64,000 nucleotides of DNA, from contig CAXNJO010000001.1 in the NCBI GenBank assembly GCA_964202905.1, forward strand, positions 32,001 through 96,000, read 5' to 3'. This DNA is from Polyangiales bacterium (GTDB lineage: Bacteria; Myxococcota_A; Polyangia; Polyangiales; JADJQN01). Made by a program: the position numbers and the translations under genes. The notes under the pieces were generated by a model, which ran no database searches, was not told the origin of the DNA, and saw only the letters and a list, made by a program, of their open reading frames with translations. This document shows positions 12,506-22,227 of the stretch, in pieces. Numbering within the stretch: the stretch's first letter is position 1; each line of letters starts with the position of its first letter.

Positions 12506-12620
12506 CGCTTGGTCGGCCGTTTCGCTTGGTCGGCGCGTTTCGGTTGCGAAGTCGTGTCGCTTGGCCGGCGCGTTTCGGTTGCGAAGCCGTGTCGCTTGGC
12601 CGTCGGTTCGCTTGGCGGCG
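12506..12620. repeat. Tandem 35-bp repeat (2 full copies plus partial copies)
   Basis: tcgcttggYcggcgcgtttcggttgcgaagYcgtg at 12522 and 12557; CGCTTGG core also at 12506, 12593, 12609. Confidence 0.85.
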
Positions 12621-12814
12621 CGTGCGTGGCGCGCGGCTCCAGGGGCGGCCCGCGGTCGGGTCGGCCGGGGGGCGAGGCGCGTCGCGCAGGGCGGCGGCAT
12701 GCGTTGCCCCGCGGGCCCCCGAACATCGACCGGAGGGGCATTCCGGAGTAGGTTCAGCGCCCTCGTGCCCGACGCTCCCGTCGGTCTCCACGGCGTGGAA
12801 GACGGGAACCACCG

Positions 12815-13090
12815 ATGGCCGACCAATCTCCGACGATCTACGCGAACGCGAACGAGCCCACGTGGGGCCGAGCGATCATCACCGCCGAGCACGATGACCG
12901 CCGCGAGCTCGTGTTCGAGGACGGCTCGCGCCGCACCTTCCTCCGCACCAGCCGCGTCATCGTCGTCGCCGAGCTCGGCGAGGACGAGCGCGCCACCGTG
13001 CTGAAGGCCCTCGCGCGCAAGGTCCCCGCCGGCACCACGCCCGGGCCGCGCAAGAAGCGCGCGCCGAAGAAGAAGCCCGCCGCGTCCTGA
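12815..13090 (+). CDS. Small hypothetical protein with basic C-terminal tail
   Basis: ATG, GC3-biased codons, SH3-like beta-rich N-terminal part (PTWGRAII..RELVFEDG.RRTF), tail RKKRAPKKKPAAS. Confidence 0.7.
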   Translation: MADQSPTIYANANEPTWGRAIITAEHDDRRELVFEDGSRRTFLRTSRVIVVAELGEDERATVLKALARKVPAGTTPGPRKKRAPKKKPAAS

Positions 13091-13199
13091 GCGACGCACC
13101 GCCGCGCGACGCGCGCCGATGCCCCGGGCAGCCCCGGCGCGTCGGGAGTTCGACGTGCGCGGGCGGGCGTGAACACTCGGGCCTCTCACGGAGGTCCGC

Positions 13200-13565
13200 G
13201 TGCCCGTCGTTGTTCAATCGCTGCTGCTGCTGCTCGTCGCCAACGTCTTCATGACGTTCGCCTGGTACGGGCACCTCGACAAACTCCGCGGTTCCGCGAT
13301 GTGGGTCGCGATGTTGGTGAGTTGGGGCATCGCCTTCTTCGAATACTGCTTTCAGGTGCCGGCCAACCGCATCGGTTACGGCGCGCTGACGCTCGGGCAG
13401 CTGAAGGTCACCCAGGAAGTGCTGACGATGCTCGTCTTCATGGGCTTCTCGGCCTTCTACCTGAAGAAGCCGGTGTCGCTCGACTTCGTCTACGCGACGG
13501 CATGTCTCGGGCTGGCGGCGTATTTCGTGTTTCGCGGCGGCGGCGCGCAGCAGCCCGCGCCCTGA
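13200..13565 (+). CDS. DMT-family small membrane protein (DUF486-like)
   Basis: NVFMTFAWYGHL, SWGIAFFEYCFQVPANRIG, QLKVTQEV; GGAGG RBS. Confidence 0.9.
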   Translation: MPVVVQSLLLLLVANVFMTFAWYGHLDKLRGSAMWVAMLVSWGIAFFEYCFQVPANRIGYGALTLGQLKVTQEVLTMLVFMGFSAFYLKKPVSLDFVYATACLGLAAYFVFRGGGAQQPAP

Positions 13566-13580
13566 GGCCTCACCGCGCGA

Positions 13581-15266
13581 TCACTCGTAGCGGACGCCGT
13601 CGGCCGGCAGCAGGCGCGCGGCCCACCAGCTCGGCACGAGCGTCGCGGTGACGCAGATCGCGAGCGCGATGGCGACCGTGAGCAGGAACTCGACCGGGCT
13701 CGTCCGCACCGGCAGGTGGTCGATCAGGTACACCTTCGGATCGAGCGGGAACTCGTAGTACGTCAGCCACGCGCAGAGGGCGCCGCCGACCACGAGCCCG
13801 AGCAGCGTGCCGATGACGCCGACGACGGTGCCCTGCAGCAGGAAGATCGCGAGGATCGCGGAGTCCTTCGCACCCATCGCCTTCAAGATCGCGATCTCGC
13901 GCTTCTTCTCGAGCACGACCATGATCAGCGTCGCGACCACGTTGAACGCCGCGACGAAGATGATCGTCGCGATGACGAGGCTGAGCATCACCTTCTGGAT
14001 CTCGAGCGCCGTGAAGAGGTTGTGGTTGAGCTCCTGCCAGTCGAGCGTGTGGTACGGCCCGCCGCCGAGGGCGCGCTCGAGGGCGCGGGCGACGTCGTGG
14101 GCGCGCTCGAGGTCGTGCAGCCGCAGCTCGACGCCGGTGACCGTGTCGCCGCGGTCCGCGAGGAGCTGCGCCTGATGGAGGTCGGCGTAGACGAGGCGCG
14201 TGTCGTACTCCTGAAAGCCCGCCTCGAAGATGCCGACGACCCGGAAATCCTTGCTGCGCGGCGCGCCGGCGCCCGGGCGCCAGAGGCTCGTGTCGAGGCC
14301 CGCGAGGGGCGAGATGATCTTCACCTCGTCGCCGACCTGGATGCCGAGCGTGCGCGCGAGCGTCACGCCCACGACGAGACCGGGCAGGCGCACCTCGCGT
14401 TCGCGGAGCGCGGCCTCGGCGTTCATCTGCTCGACGAACGCGAGCTCTTGCGCCTCGCTCGGCAGCGGGAGGCCGGCGTCGGGCGCGCCATCGAGGAGCG
14501 CCTGCATCGCCTCGGGGCTGAGGACCTCCTCGTCGGGGAGCGCGTCGACCTCGACGAAGGCGGCCTCGGCGTCCGCGCCGGCGTCGGGTGCCGCGGCGAG
14601 TCCTGCGGGCTCCGGGGGCGCAGGACGCGGCGAACCGGGCGTGCAATCGGGGTCCCAGACCGGGCAGTGACGCGCGGCCAGGGCGCCCGCATCGGCGGCG
14701 GCGAGGGGCGTCGCGGCGTCCGCCTCGGTCGGCTCGAGCCCCGCGTCGGCCGAGAGATCCGCGAGGAAGCGGTCGAGGTCGACGTCCTCCGCGCCGAGGG
14801 CCGCGCGCTCGAGGTCTTCGGGGCGCGTCGGGGGCGCGGAGCCCGCGAGACGCAGGCCGTCGAGTCCGCCCGCGACGAGCTGACCGGGCAGGTCGAGCAC
14901 GTCGGGCATGAGCGCCGGATCGATGCCCTTCACGAGCACGCCGCTCAGCCGGTCGCCGCGCGCGAGCATCATCTCGTCGATCTCGAAGGGCGCCGCACCG
15001 GCGACCTCGGGCATCGCGCGGGCGCGGGCGACGACCTCGCGATAGTCCGCGAAATCGAGGCCGTAGCGCAGCACGAGGACGTGCGCGTTGACGCCGAGCA
15101 CCTTGGTGCGGAACTCCTCCTGGAAGCCCGCCGTGATGCTCATCACCGCGAGCAGCGCCGCGACGCCGAGCGCGACCCCCGTCACCGCGATCGTCGTGAT
15201 CACCGAGATCGTGGAGCGCTTCTTCGAGCGCAGGTAGCGCGAGCCGATGACGAGCGCGTACCACAT
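13581..15266 (-). CDS. LolC/LolE-like (MacB/FtsX) ABC permease with long acidic insertion
   Basis: IGSRYLRSKKR..ISVIT.IAV.GVALGVAAL, GFQEEFR.K.LG.NAH, DWQELNHNLF.AL, VAAFNV..TL.M.V.EKKREIAILKAMGA, VYLIDHLP. Confidence 0.88.
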   Translation of the reverse strand: MWYALVIGSRYLRSKKRSTISVITTIAVTGVALGVAALLAVMSITAGFQEEFRTKVLGVNAHVLVLRYGLDFADYREVVARARAMPEVAGAAPFEIDEMMLARGDRLSGVLVKGIDPALMPDVLDLPGQLVAGGLDGLRLAGSAPPTRPEDLERAALGAEDVDLDRFLADLSADAGLEPTEADAATPLAAADAGALAARHCPVWDPDCTPGSPRPAPPEPAGLAAAPDAGADAEAAFVEVDALPDEEVLSPEAMQALLDGAPDAGLPLPSEAQELAFVEQMNAEAALREREVRLPGLVVGVTLARTLGIQVGDEVKIISPLAGLDTSLWRPGAGAPRSKDFRVVGIFEAGFQEYDTRLVYADLHQAQLLADRGDTVTGVELRLHDLERAHDVARALERALGGGPYHTLDWQELNHNLFTALEIQKVMLSLVIATIIFVAAFNVVATLIMVVLEKKREIAILKAMGAKDSAILAIFLLQGTVVGVIGTLLGLVVGGALCAWLTYYEFPLDPKVYLIDHLPVRTSPVEFLLTVAIALAICVTATLVPSWWAARLLPADGVRYE

Positions 15267-15393
15267 CGCGGCGAAGCCTCTATCACGGGGGCGCAGCCCT
15301 GACCAGACACGCGCCCGGCCCCGCGCGACGCGGCGTGGCGCTTCCTTTCGCCGCACGGAGAGCGGGGCTAAGCTCGCCGACGAGGTCTTCGCT

Positions 15394-17064
15394 TTGTCGT
15401 ACGCACGCTCTTTCCCCGCCGCGCCCATCGCGGCGGCGCTGCTGCTGCTCGGTGGCGCGGCCTTCGGCTGCACGCTCGGCGCGGAGCTGCCCGCGCCCGT
15501 GCCACCCCCCGTCGCGGACGCCGGCACGGACGCGAGCGCGAGCGCGCGCGCCCTCGCCGTGGTGCCCGACGCCGCGCCGCGCACCGTGCTCTTCGGCGAG
15601 TCGCTCGCCTTCGCCGTCCGCTACACCGAGGCGGACGGGCGCCCCGTTTCCGGCGCGGAGGTGGCCTTCGCGATGGTCGGCGTCGCGCACGACGCGACGC
15701 TCGCCGAGACGTCGGCGCGGACGGGCGCGGACGGCGTCGCGCGGGGCACGCTGCGCGCCGGACGCACGCGCGCGGCCTTCCGCGTGCGCGCCTCGGCGAG
15801 CAGGGCCGCCGCCGCGGGCTTCGACGTCGCGATCGGCGACGCGGGCTTCGGCGCGCTCCGGGCCGAGGTGCGCTACGCCGGCGCGCGGGCGCTCGCGACG
15901 CGCACGGTCTCGCTCTACGCGGACGTGACGTGCGCGGAGGCCGACGCGGGCGCGACGCCCGACCGCGAGCAGCCGCTCGTCGAGTTCGACGACACCGTGC
16001 GCTTCGTGGCGCTGCCCGCGGGGCCCGCGTACGCGGTCGTCGCGCGCGGCGAGGGCGCGGACGGCGCGCTCCTCGCGAGGGGCTGCGTGGACGGGGCGGT
16101 CGTGGCGAACGGCGCCGAGGTCGCGACGCTCGTGACGCTGGACGACGTGCCTGCGCGGGTCGAAGGCGTCTACGACGCGACGCTCGATCTGCGCACGCCC
16201 TCCGCGACGCTCGCCGTCGGCGAGACCACGGCGCGGGTGCTCGCCGCGGCCGCGGGCAGCGGCGGCGACACGGGGTCCCTCCTCGACGCGGTCGCGCTCG
16301 ACCTCGCCGACCGCGACCCCGCGGCAGCCGCGGCCTTCGCCACCCAGCGCCTCAGCGAGGGGCTCGACACATCCCTCTCGGCTGCGCTCGACGCGGCCGG
16401 CGCGAGTCCGTCGCGCGCGCTCGTCGGCCTCGCAGCCGACGCAGCCGAAGCGATCGGCGCGCTCCGCGTGACGGGCACGCTCACCCTCGATGCGCGCGGC
16501 CGCGCGGAACCGGACGGGCTCGTGGACCTCGGCATCGCCGCAGCGCCCGAGCGCGCCGGCGGGCCCCTCGACCTCCGACTCGACATGCCGACAAACGCAG
16601 TGATTCTGAGTGGTTACGCGCCTGTCCGCGGGCTGTTGGTGGTCGAGGACCTGTCGCTGCGTCTGCCGCTCGGCGCCACGATCGCGGCGACCCTCGAGGC
16701 CGTGTCGCGCGAGCGCGGAGAGCGCACCGCCGAGGCGCTCGTCGCGCGCGATGCGGGATGTGACGCGGTCGCGCGCTGGGCCGCCGCGCAGCCCGCGATG
16801 GCAGCGGGATGCGGGGAGTCCTGCGCGCGCGCGGCGTGCGTGGGCGTCTCGCGGGCGCTCGTCGCGCAGCTCGCGGCGGCGCTCGCGGACCTCGACGCGT
16901 CGCGCGCGGCGATCGGGCTCGGCGGCGCGGTGCCCGCGACCGACGGCGATCGCGACGTGCAGATCGACGCGCTCGGGCCCGAGCGGCTGATGGGGCGCTG
17001 GGCGACGCCGGGGCGCGCAGGCGGCGACGAGGTCTCCGCGACGCTCGCGGCGCGGCGCCGCTGA
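15394..17064 (+). CDS. Putative lipoprotein with N-terminal Ig-like (Big_1-type) domain
   Basis: Lipobox AAFGC, GRPVSGAEVAF, ARTGADGVARGTL. Start uncertain (TTG 15394 after GAGG). Confidence 0.6.
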   Translation: MSYARSFPAAPIAAALLLLGGAAFGCTLGAELPAPVPPPVADAGTDASASARALAVVPDAAPRTVLFGESLAFAVRYTEADGRPVSGAEVAFAMVGVAHDATLAETSARTGADGVARGTLRAGRTRAAFRVRASASRAAAAGFDVAIGDAGFGALRAEVRYAGARALATRTVSLYADVTCAEADAGATPDREQPLVEFDDTVRFVALPAGPAYAVVARGEGADGALLARGCVDGAVVANGAEVATLVTLDDVPARVEGVYDATLDLRTPSATLAVGETTARVLAAAAGSGGDTGSLLDAVALDLADRDPAAAAAFATQRLSEGLDTSLSAALDAAGASPSRALVGLAADAAEAIGALRVTGTLTLDARGRAEPDGLVDLGIAAAPERAGGPLDLRLDMPTNAVILSGYAPVRGLLVVEDLSLRLPLGATIAATLEAVSRERGERTAEALVARDAGCDAVARWAAAQPAMAAGCGESCARAACVGVSRALVAQLAAALADLDASRAAIGLGGAVPATDGDRDVQIDALGPERLMGRWATPGRAGGDEVSATLAARRR

Positions 17065-17071
17065 GGGACGC

Positions 17072-17565
17072 GTGGCGGGCCCGGCGCGCTACCCGCTCGA
17101 GGCCGCGCGGACGCTCCGCGCCACCGAGGAGGACGACGCGCGCGCGGCGCTCGCTGCCCGCCTCGAGGCGCATCGCAGGCAGACGACGCGCACGCGCAGG
17201 CCGCACGCACGCGGCGCCGCGCATGGAGGCTGAGTACGGCGCGCGTCGCGCACGCGGAGTCGCAGGCGGACGCACGCGGCCGCGCGCTCGCCGAGTCGCT
17301 GCGCGCCGCCGACTGGCTCCGGCGTCGGCGCAGCGAGGGGGCCGCGCTCACGCACGCCCGCGAGGAAGCGGACCGCGCGCGTACACGCGCCGCAGCCGCC
17401 GTCGAGGAGGCCCGCGCCGCACTCGCCGCGGCACGCGCGGCCCGTGAAGCCGTCGAGCGCCACCACGCCGCGTGGCACGACGCGCAGCGCAGCGCGGCCG
17501 AGACGCGCGCGGAGGCCGAGTCCGAGGACGCGCAGGCCGGACGCCGCGGCCGCGCGGCGACGTAG
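17072..17565 (+). CDS. FliJ/SctO(YscO)-like coiled-coil protein, frameshifted; absent from the ORF track
   Basis: GTG 17072 gives MAGPARYPLEAARTLRATEEDDARAALAARLE. After a shift near 17175-17180 it reads ..AVEEARAALAAARAAREAVERHHAAWHDAQRSAAETRAEAESED, ending at TAG 17565. Confidence 0.55.
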
Positions 17566-17703
17566 CGACCCCCGACGCGGCGAGGCGCACGCCGAGGTCG
17601 CGCGCCACGACGGGGACGGACGCGCGCCGACGTCGCCACCACCGACACGGCGTGCCGCATCCGCGCTGCGCGGAAAGGGCGCGATTCCGCGCGTCGTTCG
17701 GGG

Positions 17704-19605
17704 TCAGAACGCGGTGACGGCGAGCGTGTACGCGCCCGAAGGCAGCGTGCCTCCGGCGTAGCCGTCGACGACGAGCTGAAAGAGCCCGACCCCGCTCGCC
17801 GCGACGGCCGTGAGCCGCGACTGCAGGATCCCGCAGCCGTCGTCGTTGCACGCGAGCTCGCCTGTGGGGCCGCGCACGTGCAGGACGGTGTCGTACGTCG
17901 CGGTGCACGTGTCCGCGGAGATCGCGCGCGCCGCGCCGGGGCACTGCGTCCAGTGGTAGGCGTTTTCGCTGCTCGCCGCGCCGAGGCCGCAGCTCGCGCC
18001 GAGCGCGCCGCTCGAGCCGCTCGTCACGCCCGTGAACGAGCCCGTCGCGGAGATGCGCGTGTTCGTGCCGCGCGCGGCGGAGAGGACCTGCCAGCGCAGG
18101 CTGAGCGCGCCCGGCGTCGTGAAGCTGCCGCGGGTGTGCACCGCGAAGTAGTGCACGCCGGGCTCGACCACCACGACGAGCTGGTCCTGGAGCGTCGTGC
18201 AGTCGTCGTCTTCGCAGAGCACGGCCGCGCCGGGGCACGCGGTGCCGCGGTAGGAGAGGCTCGTGTCGAAGCCGGTGCCGAAGGTGTCGAGGTACACGAC
18301 GCTGCGCGCGGTGACGTCGACCCGGTAGAACACCTCGACGCCCGAGAGGCCGCAGTCCGTCGTGTTCGCGGTCGCACCGACGAGCGTGTCCGTCGTGCGG
18401 GTGCCGCCCGCGCCCGTCAGCAGCAGCGCGCCCGCGCAGGTGTCGTTCGTCGGTGCGCTCGGCGCGCAGACACCCTCATCCACGATGGCATCGCAGTCGT
18501 CGTCGACGCCGTTGCACGTCTCGGTGCCGGGGGTTCCCGGCGTGCAGGCCGGGGCGGCCCCGCCGACGCACCCTTCGACCGTGCGCGCGCACGCGCCCGT
18601 GCCGCACGCGCGGGTGCCGAGCCCCTCGTCGACGGCGCCATCGCAGTCGTCGTCCGCGCCGTTGCACGCCTCCGTGCCCGGCGCGCCGGGCGTGCACGGC
18701 TGCGTCACCCCGCCCACGCACGCGACGACGCTGCGCGCGCATGCGCCCGACCCGCACACGAGAGGCGCGAGCGACTCGTCGACCGCGCCGTCGCAGTCGT
18801 CGTCCGCGCCGTTGCAGACCTCGGTCCCCGGCGCACCCGGCACGCACGCCTGCGGCGCACCCCCCGAGCACGCGGCGACGGTGCGCTGGCAGCCTCCCGT
18901 ACCGCAGACGAGCGACGGGAGCCCCTCGTCGACGAGGCCGTTGCAGTCGTCGTCGCGGCCGTTGCACACCTCGGGCGTGGGCATGCCGGGCGTGCACGCG
19001 ACGGCCATCCCGCCCGCGCACGCGGACACCGTGCGGAGGCACGCGCCGAGCCCGCAAGTCGTCGCGCCGCCGAAGTCTTCGTCGATCGAACCGTCGCAGT
19101 CGTCGTCGATCGCGTTGCACGACTCGGTGCCCGCGGTGCCCGGGACGCACGTGTCGGTGCGACCGTCCGCGCACGCAGGGGCCGTGCGCGCGCAGGCGCC
19201 GACGCCGCACGTCACCGTGCCGCCGAAGTCCTCGTCGATCGAGCCATCGCAGTCGTCGTCGACCGCGTTGCAGGCCTCGGCGGCCGCGGGGTTCACGTCG
19301 GCGCGCGCGTCGTCGCAGTCCATCGCGGAGGCGCAGCCCGCGCCGCGCGGGTAGCCGTCGCCGTCGTCGTCGTCGCAGAGCCCGAGGTCGGGCGGGAGGC
19401 CGAGGTCGTCCTTCGGGGGCCCCGCGTCCTCGCCCGCCGCGTCCTCGTCGGCGGCGTCTGCGGCCGCATCACCCGGTGCGGAGAGGTCGCTGCCCGCGTC
19501 GCGCGGGGGAGCCACGCCGCCACCCGGAGCGCCGCTCGCGCAGGCCCCGAGCGCGAGGGCGCAGGCGAAGACAGAGACGAGAGCGAGCGCGCGTGTCCGG
19601 GACAT
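17704..19605 (-). CDS. Cys-rich lipoprotein with six MopE-related metal-binding repeats and C-terminal PPC-like domains
   Basis: Lipobox LGAC; six E.CN..DDDC.G..DE repeats; C(E/N)DD.C..LQ C-terminal modules. Confidence 0.85.
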   Translation of the reverse strand: MSRTRALALVSVFACALALGACASGAPGGGVAPPRDAGSDLSAPGDAAADAADEDAAGEDAGPPKDDLGLPPDLGLCDDDDGDGYPRGAGCASAMDCDDARADVNPAAAEACNAVDDDCDGSIDEDFGGTVTCGVGACARTAPACADGRTDTCVPGTAGTESCNAIDDDCDGSIDEDFGGATTCGLGACLRTVSACAGGMAVACTPGMPTPEVCNGRDDDCNGLVDEGLPSLVCGTGGCQRTVAACSGGAPQACVPGAPGTEVCNGADDDCDGAVDESLAPLVCGSGACARSVVACVGGVTQPCTPGAPGTEACNGADDDCDGAVDEGLGTRACGTGACARTVEGCVGGAAPACTPGTPGTETCNGVDDDCDAIVDEGVCAPSAPTNDTCAGALLLTGAGGTRTTDTLVGATANTTDCGLSGVEVFYRVDVTARSVVYLDTFGTGFDTSLSYRGTACPGAAVLCEDDDCTTLQDQLVVVVEPGVHYFAVHTRGSFTTPGALSLRWQVLSAARGTNTRISATGSFTGVTSGSSGALGASCGLGAASSENAYHWTQCPGAARAISADTCTATYDTVLHVRGPTGELACNDDGCGILQSRLTAVAASGVGLFQLVVDGYAGGTLPSGAYTLAVTAF

Positions 19606-19734
19606 CCAGCGAGACCTCCGCACAAAGGGCGGCGACAGCGTCCCACGCGCTCGGCGCGCTGTCACAGATCGCGGCCGACGCGGGCGCGCGCCCCGAAACT
19701 GGACCACCCCGCGCACCTCCCGCAGGCTCTCGAC

Positions 19735-22071
19735 GTGTCCGCCTCGGCGTCATCGTCGCCTCGATTGCGCGCGCGGGCGCGGTTCGCCGCGCTGGCGTTG
19801 CTCGTGGCCGCGGCGCTGCTCGCCCCCGGCGACGGCGCGACCCGCACGGCGACCGGCCCCACCCTCGCCGCGGCCGACGCACCGCCCGCCTTCGACCCCG
19901 ACGCTGCGAAGGTCGCGCCCGACGCGCCGCTCGCCCTCGCGAAGATACGCCTCGCGGCAGGCGACGCGTCCGCTGCGCGCGACCTGCTGCTCGCCGCGCT
20001 CGCCGCCACCCCGCGGGACCCCACGGGCGCAGGCGAACAGCGCTTTCTCCTCGCCAAGGTCGAGTCGGCGCGCGGCGATCGGGCCGCGGCCCTGCGCGCG
20101 CTCGCGGAGGTCGGCGCGACGACGCACCCGCTCGCGCCCTGGGCGCGGCTGCGGCAGGCCGAAGCGCTCGAGGGGAGCGACATGACAACCGCCTTGCGGT
20201 ATGCCGCGCCGCTCGCCGCGGAAGACTGGCCCGGCCGCGAGCGCGCCCGCGCGGTCGAGGCGCGCACCCTGCTCCGCACGGGCCACGAGGCCGAGGCGCT
20301 CCCCCGCCTCCGCGCCCTCGTCGCGGGCGCCCGCGCGACGGTCGGCGCCGCGTCGGTCGCGCTGCCGCTCGCCGACGCGCTCGCACAGAGCGCGGACCCG
20401 ACCGCGCGCGAAGAGGCGCTCGCCCTCTACCGCCGCGTGGCCGCGCGTGGGCCCCTCGCCGAACAGGGCCGCGCCGCCGAGACCAAGGCGATCGCGCTCC
20501 TCGCGACGCTGCCGGAGGCGCGCCGCGCGGCGCTCGCCGAGCCGACGCTCGACGACGCGACGGCGCGTGCGGAGGCGCTCACCGAGGCCGGACGCCACGC
20601 CCTCGCGGAGCAGGCCTGGGCCGCGCTCGCCGCGCGTCTCACGGGTGACCTGCTGCGCCGCTGCCACGCGCGCCTGCAGCAGGCCCGCGCGCTCGACCGC
20701 CGCCGCGCGCGGACCGAGGCCGCCGCGCTCTTCATCGCCGTCGCCGACGAGTGCGCGGACGCCGACACGCGCGCGACCGCCCGCTTCAACGCGGGGCGCG
20801 CGCTCCACAACCTCGCGCGGCTCGCCGACGCGCTCGCGCAGTTCGAGGCGCTCGAGCGCGAGACGCCCACGCACCGGCTCGCCGACGACGCGCTGCTGCG
20901 CGCGGCCGTCGTCGCGCGCGATCAGGGCGACGACACCGGCTACGCCGAGCGCCTCACCGTGCTGCCCACGCGCTACCCGCAGGGCGACATGCGCGGGGAC
21001 GCGCGCTTCCTCGCGGCCTTCCGCCTGCGCGGGCTCGGCCGCCGCGCCGAGGCGCTCGTCGAGCTGGATCGCGCGCTCGCGGACGGCCCCGCCGAGCTCG
21101 ACGACGGCCTGCGCGGCCGCGCGGCCTATTGGCGCGCCCGGCTCCTCGACGAGCTCGGTCGCAGCCCGGAGGCCGCGCAAGCGCACGCCGCGCTCTGCGC
21201 CGCCGCGCCGCTCACGTACTACGCGCAGCTCTCGCTCTCGCAGCTCGCGCGCCTCGACGCCCCGCGCGCGGAGGCCGTGCGCGCCGCGTGGCTCGGCGAC
21301 GGACGCGAGGCCCCGCTGCGCTTTCCGAGACGCCCCGAGCTCGAGCGCCCCGGCTTCGCGCGGGCGGTCGCGTTGCTGCGCGTCGGTGAGGTGGACCTCG
21401 CCCTCTCGGAGCTCGGCGCGCTCGGTCTCACGGGCGAGGGCGCGGACCCGGACGCGCTCTGGCTCGCGGTCGCGCTCCTCGATCGGGCCGCGATGTTCGC
21501 GCCCGCCGCGACGCTCTTCCGCAAGCGCCTCGTGCAGCGCCTCGCGGTCGCGCCGACGGGCCGCGCGCGCGCGCTCTGGCGCCTCGCCTACCCGCGGGCC
21601 CACGCGCCGCTCGTCGAGGAGGCCGCAAGCGCCGAGGGCCTCAGCGCGGCCTTTCTCCGCGCGGTCGCGCGCGAAGAGAGCGCGTTCGATCCCGAGGCGC
21701 GCAGCGCCGTCGGCGCGTCGGGCCTCATCCAGCTCATGTCCGGCACCGCGCGCCGCTTCGCGGAGCCGCTCGGCCTGCCGAGCGACGCGGCCGCGCTGCG
21801 CCGCCCCGAGGTGAACCTGCGCGTCGGCGCGCGCTTCCTCGGCTTCCTCACGCAGCGCTACCCGGGCCGCGCCGGGCTCGTGCCGAGCGCGTACAACGCC
21901 GGCGAGGGGGCCGTCGATCGCTGGCGCCGCGCGCGCCCCGACGAGCCGCTCGACGCCTTCGTCGAGAACATCCCGTACGACGAGACGCGCCGCTACACGC
22001 GCCGCGTCCTGCAGAGCTGGGGCACCTACGCGCTCCTCGACGAGCGCCGCCTGCCGCGCTTCTCGGAGTAG
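19735..22071 (+). CDS. slt: Soluble lytic murein transglycosylase (Slt70-like, TPR/helical N-terminus)
   Basis: AVAREESAFDP.ARS.VGASGLIQLM, SAYNAGEGAV.RW, FVENIPYDETRRY; N-terminal hydrophobic segment. Start approximate. Confidence 0.88.
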   Translation: MSASASSSPRLRARARFAALALLVAAALLAPGDGATRTATGPTLAAADAPPAFDPDAAKVAPDAPLALAKIRLAAGDASAARDLLLAALAATPRDPTGAGEQRFLLAKVESARGDRAAALRALAEVGATTHPLAPWARLRQAEALEGSDMTTALRYAAPLAAEDWPGRERARAVEARTLLRTGHEAEALPRLRALVAGARATVGAASVALPLADALAQSADPTAREEALALYRRVAARGPLAEQGRAAETKAIALLATLPEARRAALAEPTLDDATARAEALTEAGRHALAEQAWAALAARLTGDLLRRCHARLQQARALDRRRARTEAAALFIAVADECADADTRATARFNAGRALHNLARLADALAQFEALERETPTHRLADDALLRAAVVARDQGDDTGYAERLTVLPTRYPQGDMRGDARFLAAFRLRGLGRRAEALVELDRALADGPAELDDGLRGRAAYWRARLLDELGRSPEAAQAHAALCAAAPLTYYAQLSLSQLARLDAPRAEAVRAAWLGDGREAPLRFPRRPELERPGFARAVALLRVGEVDLALSELGALGLTGEGADPDALWLAVALLDRAAMFAPAATLFRKRLVQRLAVAPTGRARALWRLAYPRAHAPLVEEAASAEGLSAAFLRAVAREESAFDPEARSAVGASGLIQLMSGTARRFAEPLGLPSDAAALRRPEVNLRVGARFLGFLTQRYPGRAGLVPSAYNAGEGAVDRWRRARPDEPLDAFVENIPYDETRRYTRRVLQSWGTYALLDERRLPRFSE

Positions 22072-22227
22072 CCCGCGCCGCGCGGCGCATGGGCGGGCGG
22101 ATCGCACCGCGTCGACGAGGACACAGCGCGCGCGCCCAAACATCGCGCAGCGCAGACCCCGAAGTCAATATCGCAACTTCATTGCATCTGCAACAAGGTC
22201 GCGAAACGGCGCGGGCCGGGGCGTGCT

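Noticed and set aside
12506..12620. Mini CRISPR array
   Set aside because: The repeats are head-to-tail without unique spacers, and no cas genes are present.
17878..19734. 1397-aa ORF extending slt upstream
   Set aside because: The extension is antisense to the MopE-repeat lipoprotein gene, a high-GC stop-poor artefact. The same applies to most long overlapping ORFs in the track.
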